Source: Heteronotia binoei (lineage: Eukaryota). From it: a stretch of DNA of 64,000 bases. This document shows, one piece after another, positions 39,603-52,090 of this stretch. A program made the position numbers and the translations under genes. Each line of letters begins with the position of its first letter. Within the stretch, counting starts at the first letter, position 1. The DNA lies in assembly GCF_032191835.1 (NCBI RefSeq), contig NC_083228.1, positions 45,880,001 through 45,944,000 of the forward strand. The letters run 5' to 3'. Below the pieces are notes generated by a model, which saw nothing but the letters and a program-made list of their open reading frames with translations, was not told the origin of the DNA and made no database searches.

Positions 39603-40996
39603 GACCAGGCCCGGATGGCATACATCCTAGTGTTCTGAAAAAACTCAAAGGTGAACTTGCGGATCTCCTTACAAAAATATGTAATCTTTCATTGAAATCT
39701 GCCTCCATTCCTGAGGACTGGAAGGTAGCAAATGTCACCCCCATCTTTAAAAAGGGTTCCAGAGGAGATCTGGGAAATTACAGGCCAGTCAATCTGGCTT
39801 CAATACCAGGAAAGTTGGTAGAAACCATTATCAAGGACAGAATGAGTAGGCACATTGATGAACACAGGTTATTGAGGAAGACTCAGCATGCGTTCTGCAA
39901 GGGAAGATCTTGTCTCACTAATCTGAGTTCTTTGAGGGGGTGAACAAACGTGGACAAAGGGGACCCAATAGATGTTGTTTACCTTGACTTCCAGAAAGCT
40001 TTTGATAAAGTTCCTCATCAAAGGCTCCTTAGGAAGTTTGAGAGTCATGGAGTAAAAGGACAAGTTCTCTTGTGGATCAAAAACTGGCTAATTAATAGGA
40101 AACAGAGTGAGTATAAATGGGCAATTTTCGCAGTGGAAAAAAGCTCAGTACTGGGCCCCATGCTTTTTAACTTGTTTATTAATGATTTGGAGTTGGGAGT
40201 AAGCAGTGAAGTGGCTACGTTTGCAGATGACACTAAATTAATTGTTCAGGGTGGTGAGAACCAGAGAGAATTGTGAGGCACTCCAAAGGGATCTGTCGAG
40301 GCTGGGAGAGGGGGCGTCAATGTGGCAGATGAGGTTCAATGTGGCCAAGTGCAAAGTAATGCACATTGGGGCCAAGAATCCCAGCTACAAATACAATTTG
40401 ATGGGGTGTGAACTGGCAGAGACTGACCAAGAGAGAGATCTTGGGGTTGTGGTAGATAACTCATTGGAAATGTCAAGACAGTGTGCGATTGCAATAAAAA
40501 GGGCCAACGCCATGCTGGGAATTATTAGGAAGGGAACTGAAAACAAATCAGCTAGCATCATAATGCCCCTGTATAAATCAATGGTGCGGTCTCATTTGGA
40601 ATACTGTGTACAATTCTGGTCACAGCACCTTAAAAAAGATATAGCATTGGGAAAAGTGCAGAAAAGGGCAACTAGAATGATTAAAAGGTTGAAACACTTT
40701 CCCTATGAAGAAAGGTTAAAACACGTGGGGCTCTTTAGCTTGGAGAAACGTTGACTGCGGGGTGACAGGATAGTGGTTTACAAGATTATGCATGGGACAG
40801 AGAAGGTAGAGAAAGAAATACTTTTCTCCCTTTCTCGCAATACAAGAACTTGTGGGAATTCAATGAAATTGCTGAGCAGTTGGATTAGAACTGATAAAAG
40901 GAAGTACTTCTTCACCCAAAGGGTGATTAACACATACAATTCACTGCCACAGGAGGTGGTGGTGACTACAAGCATAGACAGTTTCAAGAGGGGAAT
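39603..40996 (+). mobile_element. CR1 LINE (5'-truncated), 5' part
   Basis: [53 protein letters not shown]. Confidence 0.96.
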
Positions 40997-41743
40997 TTAT
41001 TTATTTATTTATTTGATTTATATCCCACCCTCCCCACCGAGGCGGGCTCAGGGCGGCTTACAACTTAAAATTCAAAACAATAAGGTTAATAAATGTTAAA
41101 ATACATTGAATAATTTACAGCAGTTAAAACAAGAAATCAAGAAAACGATCTAACAGTGCTGTGCTATTCTACAACCTTCCTTTGCAGTTTTTAGGTACCA
41201 GTCAGTTATACGCCAACTGGAAGAGGACTGTCTTACAGGCCTTGCAGAACTGCCCAAGGTTCTGCAAGGCCCTCACCTCTTCTGGTAGCTGGTTCCACCA
41301 GCAGGGGGCTGTAATTGAAAAGGCCCTATCCCTGGTTGACTTCAGACGGGCCTCCTTTGGCCCAGGGATTACTAGCAGATTTTGGGAACCAGATCTAAGC
41401 ACTCTCTGGGGAACATGTGGGGAGAGACGGTCCCTAAGATAGGTAGGTCTTAGGCCATATAGGCCTTTAAAGGTGATAACCAGCACCTTGTACCGAACCC
41501 AGTGCATCCAGTGCAGTCCCCGGAGCCCTGGCTGAATGTGCTCCCTCCTGGGGAGCCCTAATAACAGCCGGGCAGCGGCATTCTGCACTAGCTGCAATTT
41601 CCGGGTTCGGCACAGGGGCAGCCCCATGTAGAGTGCATTACAGTAGTACTTCAAGGTGATCGTTGCATTACAGTAGTACCTCAAGGTGACCGTTGCATGG
41701 ATCACTGTTGCCAGATCGCCATGCTCCAGGAAAGGAGCCAAAA
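40997..41743 (-). mobile_element. 5'-truncated L2 inserted antisense into CR1
   Basis: YCNALYMGLP..LQLVQNAAARLL; 3' end matches 34270-37388; (taaa)n tail; ggaat duplicated at 40992-40996 and 41744-41748; internal 30-bp tandem at ~41635-41695. Confidence 0.92.
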
Positions 41744-42058
41744 GGAATGGATAAGCATATGGAGCAGAGGTCCATCAGTGGCTATTAGCCACAGCTTATT
41801 GTTGTGGAAAGGAAAGGAATGGATAAGCATATGGAGCAGAGGACCATCAGTGGCTATTTGCCACAGCTTATTGTTGGAACTCTCTGTCTGGGGCAGTAAT
41901 GCTTTGTATTACTGTGGAAGGGCTTCTAATGCACAGTGGAAGGGCTTCTAGCCCCACTGGTAGACCCTAGATAGCACTTTTTTTTGGCCACTGTGTGACA
42001 CAGAGTATTGGACTGGATGGGCCATTGGCCTGATCCAACATGGCTTCTCTTATATTCT
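41744..42058 (+). mobile_element. CR1 3' UTR (resumes after the L2 insertion)
   Basis: ggataagcatatggagcagagg...gccacagcttattgttg duplicated; ends gatgggccattggcctgatccaacatggcttctcttatattct. Confidence 0.9.
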
Positions 42059-42660
42059 GTTTATTTCTAGATCTGAGTCAAGAAGGAATTACCTGAGCAC
42101 ATGGAGTAGGTCGACTACTATCATTCTCTGAGGAATGATTTAGAATCCTCTACTAAGAAAGTTTAGAAAGTTCTTCCATGTGAGGTTCTCTTTGAGCCTC
42201 CCTTTCTTTCAGACAACAGGCTAAAACATTCCTTTTTATCCAGATTTTTAAACAAGATCTTTTATCTCTTAAATTGTCTAGTCTGTTTCTGGTTCAAGGA
42301 CAGTTTTATCTACATCATATTAGGCTTCTTGCTGTAATGTAATGTATATAGTTGTTATGCCCTGACTTGTCTGAATGGCACATGTTCATATTTGGTGGCT
42401 TGTTTAGTGGGATTCTTTTTAATGGTTGCGTTTTAACAATTTTGTTTTATTGTGCAAGCTGCTTAGAGCAGGTTTTTGGAGAACTGACATATGAATTTCC
42501 TACATAAACAACACATAGAGGTGACACTAATCTTCCATCAGACCTTCTACTTTTGTAAGCAAAGAGTAAAAAAGTAATATCAGAATATCACAGCAACAAT
42601 GCCTGAAAGAACATGCAAAGTAATGGTGCACTCTAACAAAATGATTCAATCATTGGTGGT

Positions 42661-42834
42661 GGTGGAAGATGCTATCATGTCACAGCCAACTTATGGTGAC
42701 CCTGTAGAGCTTTCAAAGCAAGATATGTTCAGAGTTGGTTTGCCATTGCCTGCTTCTGCATAGCAACCTTGGGCTTCCTTGGTGGTCTCTCACTCAAATA
42801 CTAACCAGGGCCAACCCTGCTTAGCTTCCAAGAA
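42661..42834 (-). mobile_element. 5S rRNA-derived SINE (SINE3-type) with Sauria-like tail
   Basis: Minus strand tcttggaagctaagcagggttggccctggttagtatttgag matches 5S boxes A/IE/C; tail gcaatggcaaaccaac...ccataagttggctgtgac. Confidence 0.8.
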
Positions 42835-44314
42835 GCTTTTATAACATTCCATTGATGCTGTTGATTTACCCCTAGTGATTTATCAACAGCATCCATGGAA
42901 TATTATATTATAAAACCTAATATGGTCATCTGATACAGCCCTTGAACACCTGTATAAGAAACCCTTTAGCCTCTTTACTCCTTTACCATGATAAACTGTT
43001 CATCTAAATATATCCATTGGCCCCCATTTTCATTCCAAGATAGGATGCTGGAACACGGAAGTGAATGTAATAACCAGTATCTTAAACATAGCCAGAATAT
43101 GTTTATACCATCCAGAAATAGCAAGAATCCTTTTATTCCCAAGTGCATGTGGTTCCAGTTTACTTTGCCTTTCCTGAGACTTTTGTAGACTTGTAACCAA
43201 TGGCTAATTACAATAAATGAACTAAACACAAAATGGATGTGTAACTGACTTGATCTTAAAGGACAGATCTATCTTCATTAACAAGCAGCTTGATGTGTAA
43301 GACTTTCCATATGAACAATGAATTTTATGTGCTTAAAGCTGAAATAAACAGGATAGCACCAAGACGTTGCAATAAGAGATAACTAGGACTCTGTTAAACA
43401 ACTGCAGAGAGAACTATATAAACTGACTCTGCCTATAACTGCAACTTTATGAAAAACTAATAAAATCTCTGGAAGGTTCTTTTTTACCCATGTTGTCAGC
43501 ACACTGCTAGCTAATGACTTTTAGAGTAGGTCAACTGAAAAGCATTTTCTTTCATATTTATACGTTGGTAGAAACATGTATTTCCTTTGTCAGCTGTTAT
43601 TGTAAAATGCAGCAGTTGTAAATGTGATTTTTGATTTATTTATTGTGACCATCAACAATTACTTACTGCAAATAACAGAGCAGATTTGATACATTGCTTT
43701 AAAAAAAAACTTAGATGAGTCTATAATGGTATAACTAAATCACAGCCATGTGTAAGTGTATAATGTATTGCAGATCTAACAACTTTTGAAAAAATTAAGA
43801 CTGAAAATAAATTAATTAGGAAATGTGCCTGTAACAACTGCTTGTTTATTCTTATATATAATTGGCACATATGGGAATACATATCTATATCCCACTTTTC
43901 CTGCCCCTTAATGGACGTCTGGAGTCCATGGTCTCAGGTTCCTTCAGACCTGGCCTGGCATCTATCCCATCAATCAGCTGTTGTCAGAGGAGACTGCAGG
44001 GGTGGGGTTGCAAGAAGGAATGTTCAAAATTGTTCAGAATTTTATTTTGATATAAAATGAGCTCTGGAGAGTCAGCAGTAATAGTCAAACAGTTATTGAG
44101 ACTCAATCAGCCACTTGTATATCCCACATGCCCAAAGGCAAAATTTAGCAATTGTATTAATTGCCTCCTGGGAAGGGTTTTCAAGAAGGAAAGAGACATA
44201 AAATTGTTCAGGTATTAATGGTTGACAAAAATGGAGCAATATACTGAGATCAGATGTCATTATAGAATGAGTGGTGCTGTGCAGCCGAACATGTTCAATA
44301 GACTCGACTCAAAA

Positions 44315-44830
44315 GAGCCACTTTGGTGTGGTGTGTCACTTTGGTGTGGTGATAAAGTACACAGACTCTTATCTGGAAGAACTGGGTTTGATTCCCCACT
44401 CATACGAACATATGAAGCTGCCTTATACTGAATCAGACCCTCGGTCCATCAGAGTCAGTATTGTCTTCTCAGACTGGCAGTGGCTCTCCAGGGTCTCAAG
44501 TTGAGGTTTTCATGCCTATTTGCCTGGACCCTTTTTAGTTGGAGATGCCAGGGATTGAACCTGGGACCTTCTGCTTACCAAGCAGATGCTCTACCACTGA
44601 GTCACCATCCCTCCTCTGCTTGCAGCTGCTGGTATGGCCTTAAGTCAGCCATAACTCTCGCAGAGCTGTCCTTGAAAGGGCAGCTTCTGTGAGAGCTCTC
44701 AGCCCCACATACCTCACAGGATACCTGCTGTGGTGGAGGAGGGCAAAGGAAATTGTAAACTGTTCTGAGATTCTGAGATTCAGACTGAAGGATGTGGTAT
44801 TAATCCAATATCATCTTCTACTACTATTAC
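44315..44830 (+). mobile_element. CORE-type (Squam3-like) SINE interrupted by a second SINE
   Basis: Head gagccactttggtgtggtg...gggtttgattcccc stops at ~44404 and resumes at ~44616 (gcagctgctgg...cctcacaggatacctgctgtgg...). Confidence 0.8.
44405..44615 (-). mobile_element. tRNA/CR1-tail SINE nested in another SINE
   Basis: Near-identical to 4589-4806. Confidence 0.85.
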
Positions 44831-45569
44831 TTGTTCTGTATGGCATAGCCATAGCCATTGAGGGAGTAAAACATGATGGTATCTTCCTTCCGGGAAGGCT
44901 GAAGGAAGGACATTAAAGCATGCCACTGATGTTTGGAGATCTTAAGGATCTAAGATAATCTTTGGCATAATAACATTTGGCATACTGTAGAGTAAATGGA
45001 TATTTCTGTAGCTGTGCCCTATCTGATTGTAGAGCATGATCCCAGAACTTCTGTTTAATCTTTTTTTTTTTTTTTTTTGGTGTGGGGGGGTGTTGATACC
45101 CAATATGCAGTAAGATTTGGAGAGACTGTGCTCCCAGAGTTTCCCCTCAAATGCTGTTTGAATAGTGGTTGAATAGTGGCTATCAGCAAGGAGCAAGGAT
45201 CAAGGATACTAGACCCACTGGATGGAAAATGAGTTTTAACCAGTAGGTGGATTTGACTAGCCACATAAGAGAATCTAAGGGGATAAGCCCAGCCTCTGTT
45301 CAGTGTTGTGGCCTTCTATTTGTCACCTATGGATTCAGTGTTGTTTGTTTTACAGTGTTGTTGTAAAAATGAGTACTGTGGCTTTTTAATTGTTTATTGT
45401 AAACTGCTCCTCACTACAATATGTGGTGAAGGTACAGAGTGCTCTTCTAAGGCCCATTTGTGAATAAGATAGAATGATAGTATCATCTGCAGGAATCATT
45501 TTATCAGCAAGCTTTGGGGAATGGAAGCTTGGATTTCTTAGGTGTCACACCAAGGACTGAATACAGGAT

Positions 45570-46378
45570 GATCTTCAGGCTGGAAAACTGGCCTTAAACA
45601 AATAAAATGTAAAGTTCTGTATTTAAGTAGGGAAAATCCAATGCGTGGTTATAGAATGGGGGAGACTTGTCTTAACAGTAGTATGTGCGAAAAGGATCTA
45701 GGGGTCTTAGTGGACCATACACTGAGCATGAGTCAACAGTGTGATGTGTCGGCTAAAAAGGCAAATGCAATTTTGGGCTGTACTAACAGGAGTATAGTGT
45801 TCAGATCACGTGAAGTGATGGTGTCACTTGTACTCTGCTGTGGCAAGACCTCACCTGGGGTATTGTGTTCAGTTTTGGGCACCACATGTTAAGAAGGATA
45901 TAGACAAGCTGGAATGGGTCTAGAGGAAGGTGACAAAGATGGTGACGGGTCTGGAGACCAAGACCTATCAAGAAAGGTTGAAGGAGTTGGCCATGTTTAA
46001 CCTGGAGAGGAGGCAGCTGAGAGGTGATATGATCACCATCTTCAAATACTTGAGGAGCTATCATAAAGAGGACGGTGGAATTGTTTTATGTGGCCCCGGA
46101 AGGTAGGACCAGAACCAATGGGTTGAAATTAAATCAAAAGAGTTTCCGGCTCAACATTAGGAAGAACTTCCTGACAGTTAGAATGGTTTCTCAGTGGAAC
46201 AGGCTTCCTCAGGAGGTGGTGGGCTCTCCTTCCTTGGAGATTTTTAAACAGAGGCTAGATGGCCTTCTGACAGCAATGCAGATCCTGCAAATTTAGGAAA
46301 GAGGTATTTGTGAATTTCCTGCATGTGCAGGAGGTTGGACCCTGGAGGTCCCTTCCAACTCTGTTATTTATGATTCTA
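45570..46378 (+). mobile_element. 5'-truncated CR1 (same family as 28304-31350)
   Basis: CLNSSMCEKDLGV, AKKANAILGC, LNQKSFRLNIRKNF; tail cccttccaactctg...atgattcta. Confidence 0.95.
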
Positions 46379-48342
46379 GTATATAAAAAGTAGAGGTAAC
46401 CAGGATGCAGCCCTGCTTTACTCAGGGCTGTAGCCAGGATTTCAAGTTTGGTGGAGCATATAGCCATGATTTTTTTTTGTTTGAGGGCTGCCAAAAACCC
46501 CTCTCTGCAGCAAAAAACAAATCAACACTGTGCTACACTCCTAAGAACATCCTACAGCATCCACAGGTCAGGGGCTTCAAAGACACCTGAGGGGGAGGGG
46601 AGGACAGGAGAGGGCCACAATCAGACAGGAAGCCTAGGCTCTGGGTCCCCACCCTGCCATCTGCTCCTCCGGGCCCGGCTGCTGCCTTCTGGGTCAGTGA
46701 GGGGCTTATCCTCTATGTGGAGGGGAAGAGAGCTACAGCCAGGAAGGAAACCAAGGCTCCAGGGCCCCACCCACTGGCATACTGCAGCTCAATAAGCCCA
46801 GAGCAGAAGACAGTCCAAAAACACTGAGCTGCTTTTCCGGTTTTCAACAAAACCCATTGAAAGGTTCTGCTGTACCGTTCAATGGAGTTTGTGGGGCCCC
46901 AAACCAGAAACCAGTTTGGTTTGCTAACCGACCTCCTGTTTCAGTTCATAGTTTGGTTTGTGGTTTGGCCACGAACCACAAACCAAGTTGCATTTTCCCA
47001 GTTTGGGTCCAACCCTAGGCATGATGTTTTTAAGTACAACATTTTGATTGAGTCTAGCTAGCGTGAAGGGCAACCTAGATTAAATTGTTGTTCAGGATTC
47101 CTTGTTGGCTCCAGACAACCCTATAGCTGAATGAAGCCATGGCCACAAGTGATAGATGAATGATTTGCTAAGGAACAGAACAGTGGAAAGCAGAGAGTTA
47201 AACAACCACCAAGCCAAATAATAGAGTGGGTAGATCTCTACTCTTCTTTTAGTTTCCCAGCCATTAATTCTGTAATCAGATCCTCACCATTTCATGAATA
47301 TTAGACCAATATGACAGTGATAGATATTGCAGTTGAAAGAATATTAATTAAGGTTCGTTTCACATCCCATAGTTCCCTGTAATATAATCAGAGTTTGAGA
47401 CATTGCAATGAGAAAGGAAGACAAGCTTCATGATGCACTGTGTTAGCTTCCTCAGCTGATTCAAAGTTATTAATTTAAACACAGGGGATGTGTAGAACAG
47501 TTGGAAAACCAGCATTCTTCATTTTTTCAGATGTTAAGGAAAGCTGTTTCTCACTTAGCCCATGTTTTTACTAGATTAATCTTTGCAGGCAAGATGAGTT
47601 GTGGCTTCTATATGATTATAATTTTCCTCTTTCCAAATAAATGTAAAGAGTAAGTAGTATAAATTATGTAGGGAACAATAACTGTATAGGAATTGATGAC
47701 AAACAGCCAATCTAATTTATTATTTTGCTGATTCTCTGACACTCTGCATTTCAAGGTGATCCAATTTAGTTATACCTTGTGCACATACAATGGTATGTAA
47801 ATTAAAATAATGCAATCTAAGATGGGAAGAAAGTATTTCAATGGAATATCTTCTCGATCGTATGCATATTGTCAATATCAATACTTTACAGAGCAAGAAA
47901 TCAAAATATATCATAAATTGTAAACGCAAATATGTGCATTTCTATTCAGATCTCATTTGTGTTCCAGGTTAAATCAATATGAGTGACATAAATGAATGGC
48001 ACAGCCCTATGAGCTACTGAATCAATGAAGCAGCCCAGAGGATCAAATGCAAGAAGTGACAGGCAACAGCTACCAGGATGAAGGACTAGCCAGACTACCC
48101 TTTAACAGCAATCACTTTGAGAGCCGGGAAGCAGAGATTGTCTGCTATTTTCTGATACAAAGCTCTTCTAAAGAGTTCATGGAATGTTATGGGAATAGGT
48201 CCATTAAACAAAACATAATGGAGAATGGAAATTGGAATCACCCCATCATCATATCCACCCCACTGCTACATTTCCACAGTGCAGATCTATAAAACTTTTA
48301 TGAGTGGTCAGGGGCCTATTGAATTTTTGCCAATGGGAGGAA

Positions 48343-48855
48343 CAGGCCTGTAGCTACAGGGGGGCCTGTGGGGGCACTGCCCCCTGATTTCCAGGCAGGG
48401 CCCCCTGACTCCCAGGGGGCCTCCTGCTTGCGGTCTTCTTATTTCATTTTCTTTTTGCTGTTTTCTTTTTCCTTCTGAGCAAGGAAAGTGTCATTAGTGG
48501 CAGCCAGATCCAGGAGAGCTGAGCAGGGCAAAGTGCAGTGCAGCAGCAAAAGCAACAGCTGGAGAGGAGGGAGGCAGAGGAAGCCATGTGGAATGGGCTG
48601 GGAGGGGGGGGGCAGATGGAGCTCCTGGCTGCAAAGTGCCAAGGTGGGAGAGAGGGATGTGGAAGGAAACCCCCCACTAGCACGCAAGGTGCAGTCCCTT
48701 CTTCACTCCAGAGTTTTAGGATTGGCTGCCTCAATTTGGCCACATTTAGAGCCTCCAGCTTTTGCCCCTACCCCAGAAAGCTTTTGAGAAGTGGCAAACT
48801 CCACAGTGGATGGAAAAGGGTGCCCCCGACTTGTAAAATCCTGGCTACATCCCTG
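48343..48855. mobile_element. hAT-type non-autonomous element
   Basis: caggcctgtagc ... gctacatccctg; TSD gggaggaa/gggaggag (7/8). Confidence 0.75.
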
Positions 48856-49079
48856 GGGAGGAGCTGGACTGCTCTGCAGCCCACTGAGGTAATTTTGCTA
48901 TTTGTGATAATTTGTGACTAAAATCTCTCACACCCATTCCAGCTTGGACCCTACATTAGCAGCATCAGGATTAGATGATTCCATGGTGCCAGTTTCTCCA
49001 GTTTTGTGGGAAACCTTTCAGTTGAGAATGTGGACAGGATTCTTGGAAGTCTGAGACTTACCACCTGTTTATAGTACCC

Positions 49080-49960
49080 TTGTCCCTCCTGGCTTCTAGA
49101 TCTGCTGCAGGAGACTGGCAGATTGGATCAAGGAGACAGTAAATGCCTCCATGAGAGACTGGTGACAGCTCCTGTCTTGAAGTGGGCAGTGGTGCATCCA
49201 CTCCTAAAGAAACCTATTATGGACACAGGAGAGTTGAACAACTGCCAATCTAATCTTAGATGAAGCATTCTTGACCAGGGTGATTGAATAAGTGGTGGTT
49301 GGCCAATTTCAGAAATCCCTGAATGAAGTGAATTGCTTAGGTCCATTCCAATCTGCTTCCAGGACTCTTTATTGGAATGAAACATCTTTAGTTGCCCAGG
49401 TAGATGACATGTAGAGGAATATGGACAGGAGGAGTGCAACCCTGTTATTCTCCTGGACCTCAACAGTGATTCCAGTCCTGCCTCATTTCAGAATGAGATG
49501 CTGGGAAACTGCTGTTTTGCCCTTTGTTCCATAGGGCTCCCCAAGGTTCCACTTGTTCTCCATGCTTTTCAACAAATATTTAAAGAGGTCATCCAGAGAT
49601 CTGAGATGAGCTGCCACCAACATGCAAATGACACTCAGTTCTATCTCATGTAGCCAGGAGATCCCAAGAAGGCTATGGAAACCATGAACAGGTGCATAGA
49701 AGCAGTTTTGTAATGGATGAGGGCTAACAAAATGAAACTTAATCCTGACAAAATGGAGGTGCTACTGATGAAGCAGGTGAAGATCTTTTTGCTTCATCTG
49801 ACATATACAACAGTATTGTCCCTTCTTCTGGTGCTGGATTCTATAAAATTATATAATTGTAATTGTATTTTAATTGTGTAAGTGTTTTAATGTCTTTACA
49901 TTTGTTGCCTTGTGGACCTTGATGGAAAGGCAGCATAAAAATATTTTAAAGAAACAAATA
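49080..49960 (+). mobile_element. Old, internally deleted L2 fragment
   Basis: AVVHPLLKK-like, gacactcagttctat (DTQ.Y) and aaacttaatcctgacaaaatggagg (KLNPDK.E) remnants. Confidence 0.75.
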
Positions 49961-50855
49961 ATAAATATAATCCAGGGAGAAGACGAAATAAACACGTCAA
50001 CCATTCTGTAGATTTTCACACAAACCAAATGGGAATCAGAGCAATTATCTGATTATCTGTTGATATTTCTGTCCAAAGTAATTTTTTAACAGTTCAGTTT
50101 CTGGTTTTCTATAGGAAAAATATGACATCTAAAAGAAAACAAGGCTTTCTCCTGATCTCACACTAAACAGCAGTCTTTCAGTTGCTTCCAAATAATAATC
50201 TGGGTTTCCAAACCAAATTTCAAACTCTTAATCTCTTCTCTCTGGTTCAGTTTCAACCTGCAAGCCTGAGGAAACTCTTGAAATCTAATTTCACTGACAT
50301 TTAAAAGTTGCTTCTAATATTTCAAAAAGGTCAACAATTTTAAATCTGTTTTTACTTTACCAGAAAACTTTTTGCACTTCATAAAATAGTGATAGTCAAT
50401 TGTGAAAGATTGTGAAACATCCATTGATCATGCTCCTTCATTGAGGAGCAGCAATATCACAATAACTGGCATATAACAACCTATGTGATGCAAGTTGTAT
50501 AGGTCTACCAAGCTTTGATGACTAATCCAGTTCTTACCATTGAATATTTCTATTACTTTCTGCTTCATAAGAACCTTGTGGAAAATGATAGAGCCCCACC
50601 CTTTTATGGTGACAATTTGCTCCTGCCCTAACAGTGAAAATTTAAGTCTTATTCACTGGATTGAAGTAGGATGAGTTGTTAACAGATGATGTTCACAATT
50701 TATTAAAACACTAACAAGTTCCAAGGCAGTGTTGGTTACCCTATCTAAAGTCTTCCCACTAGATTGATTGCATTTCAGGCAACCCCAGTTTGGGATCTTA
50801 AATGCCATTTCAACAGAGGTAGCATGTTGCACAGCTTGACTGGAGTAGTCTCTAC

Positions 50856-52090
50856 TAGGGATGGGCACAAACCAGGAAAATGGTGATTTGTGGTACATAT
50901 GTTTGCACAAACCATGAATTTACACGAACCACAAATTTTCTAAACCATTTCATGGTTCATTGGTTCAGGAGATGGTAGAACAACCCCCTCAAGAATTATA
51001 GATTCTAATCTCACACGGACTCTTCAAAAGGCTCTTCACCCATCCTCCAAGTTTGGCAAAGATTGGATTTAAGGTGTCCAAGTTATAGCCCCACAAAGCA
51101 CGTGTCTCCAGAAAAGCTAAGCTCTAGTTGTCAAGCATACAAGTTATTCTCAATATAAAGCTGTATTATTTAGTCTGTTACTTTGCTGGTGCATATCAAA
51201 GCTATGTAACCCCTTGCTTAGTTCTCACCTCTTGTAACAAATACAGGAATGCCTGCTTTGAAGATTGTGCCTCCCGGGACAGTTCCCAAGCCCAAGCCTG
51301 GGACTCAGGGTGTTACTAACCGCAAAAGATAGCCAAACACATAATTGTAGCTTTTCACATGCCTGTGTTAGAATTCCTAGTTTTCTCTAAGGTCTCTTTG
51401 ATGTATCCCTTAAAGCCAGCTACTATATGTTATACTGTATCACTTTCAACCTGTTCCATCCATGAGCACAATGGATTATCAATAAACTAAGACTTTGTAT
51501 CCAAATCATCGCTTGGTTCTTTTGAAACTCCTATGCTTGACATTAGCTTCAGGTTCAGTCCCTGAAACCACAGCAAGGAACATGTTACCAGTGAGCAGAG
51601 GCATTTAAAAAATTGTCCCACTGTGTGAGAAAAAAAGGATTCCCTCAAAGCCTTCCCTAAATTAGCCACTTAGCAAACAATTCTACATCAGGTCTCACAA
51701 TAACTAACACTTCTCTCTTTGTGCTGCAAAGTGAAAGCAGCTGAGCCAGGTTGTAGTATTATATTGGCATATAATCTGTTCCCATAGAGCAGAATGCGAG
51801 CTCCATGGTTGGCTTCCAGAGCTGCCAATCAAGCTATGAACAACTTCTTGGGGTGTTTCTAGGACTCTCCACAAGTTCACCCCCAGTATTGCCTAGGAAT
51901 TCATTTAATCAGGACCATGTGGTTTGGAGAATGAACTGTAAAAATGAACTACCCAAACCCCCATGGAAAAAAGGAAGTTCATTTTTGGGTTCAGGAATGA
52001 CATGACCAAATGAACCGATTTGGAATGAACCATGAATCGACCCAGTTTGTGCTCAAACCACGTTTGTTTTTCAGTTCATGCCCATCCCTT
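50856..52090. mobile_element. hAT-type non-autonomous element (TAGGGATGGGCA TIR)
   Basis: tagggatgggcac ... atgcccatccctt; perfect 8-bp TSD gtctctac at 50848-50855 and 52091-52098; subterminal gaacc/ggttc motifs. A related right end lies at ~46900-47017. Confidence 0.88.

Noticed and set aside
46424-47020. Single hAT MITE
   Set aside because: Left and right ends belong to different TIR families and there is no TSD; probably a composite of fragments.
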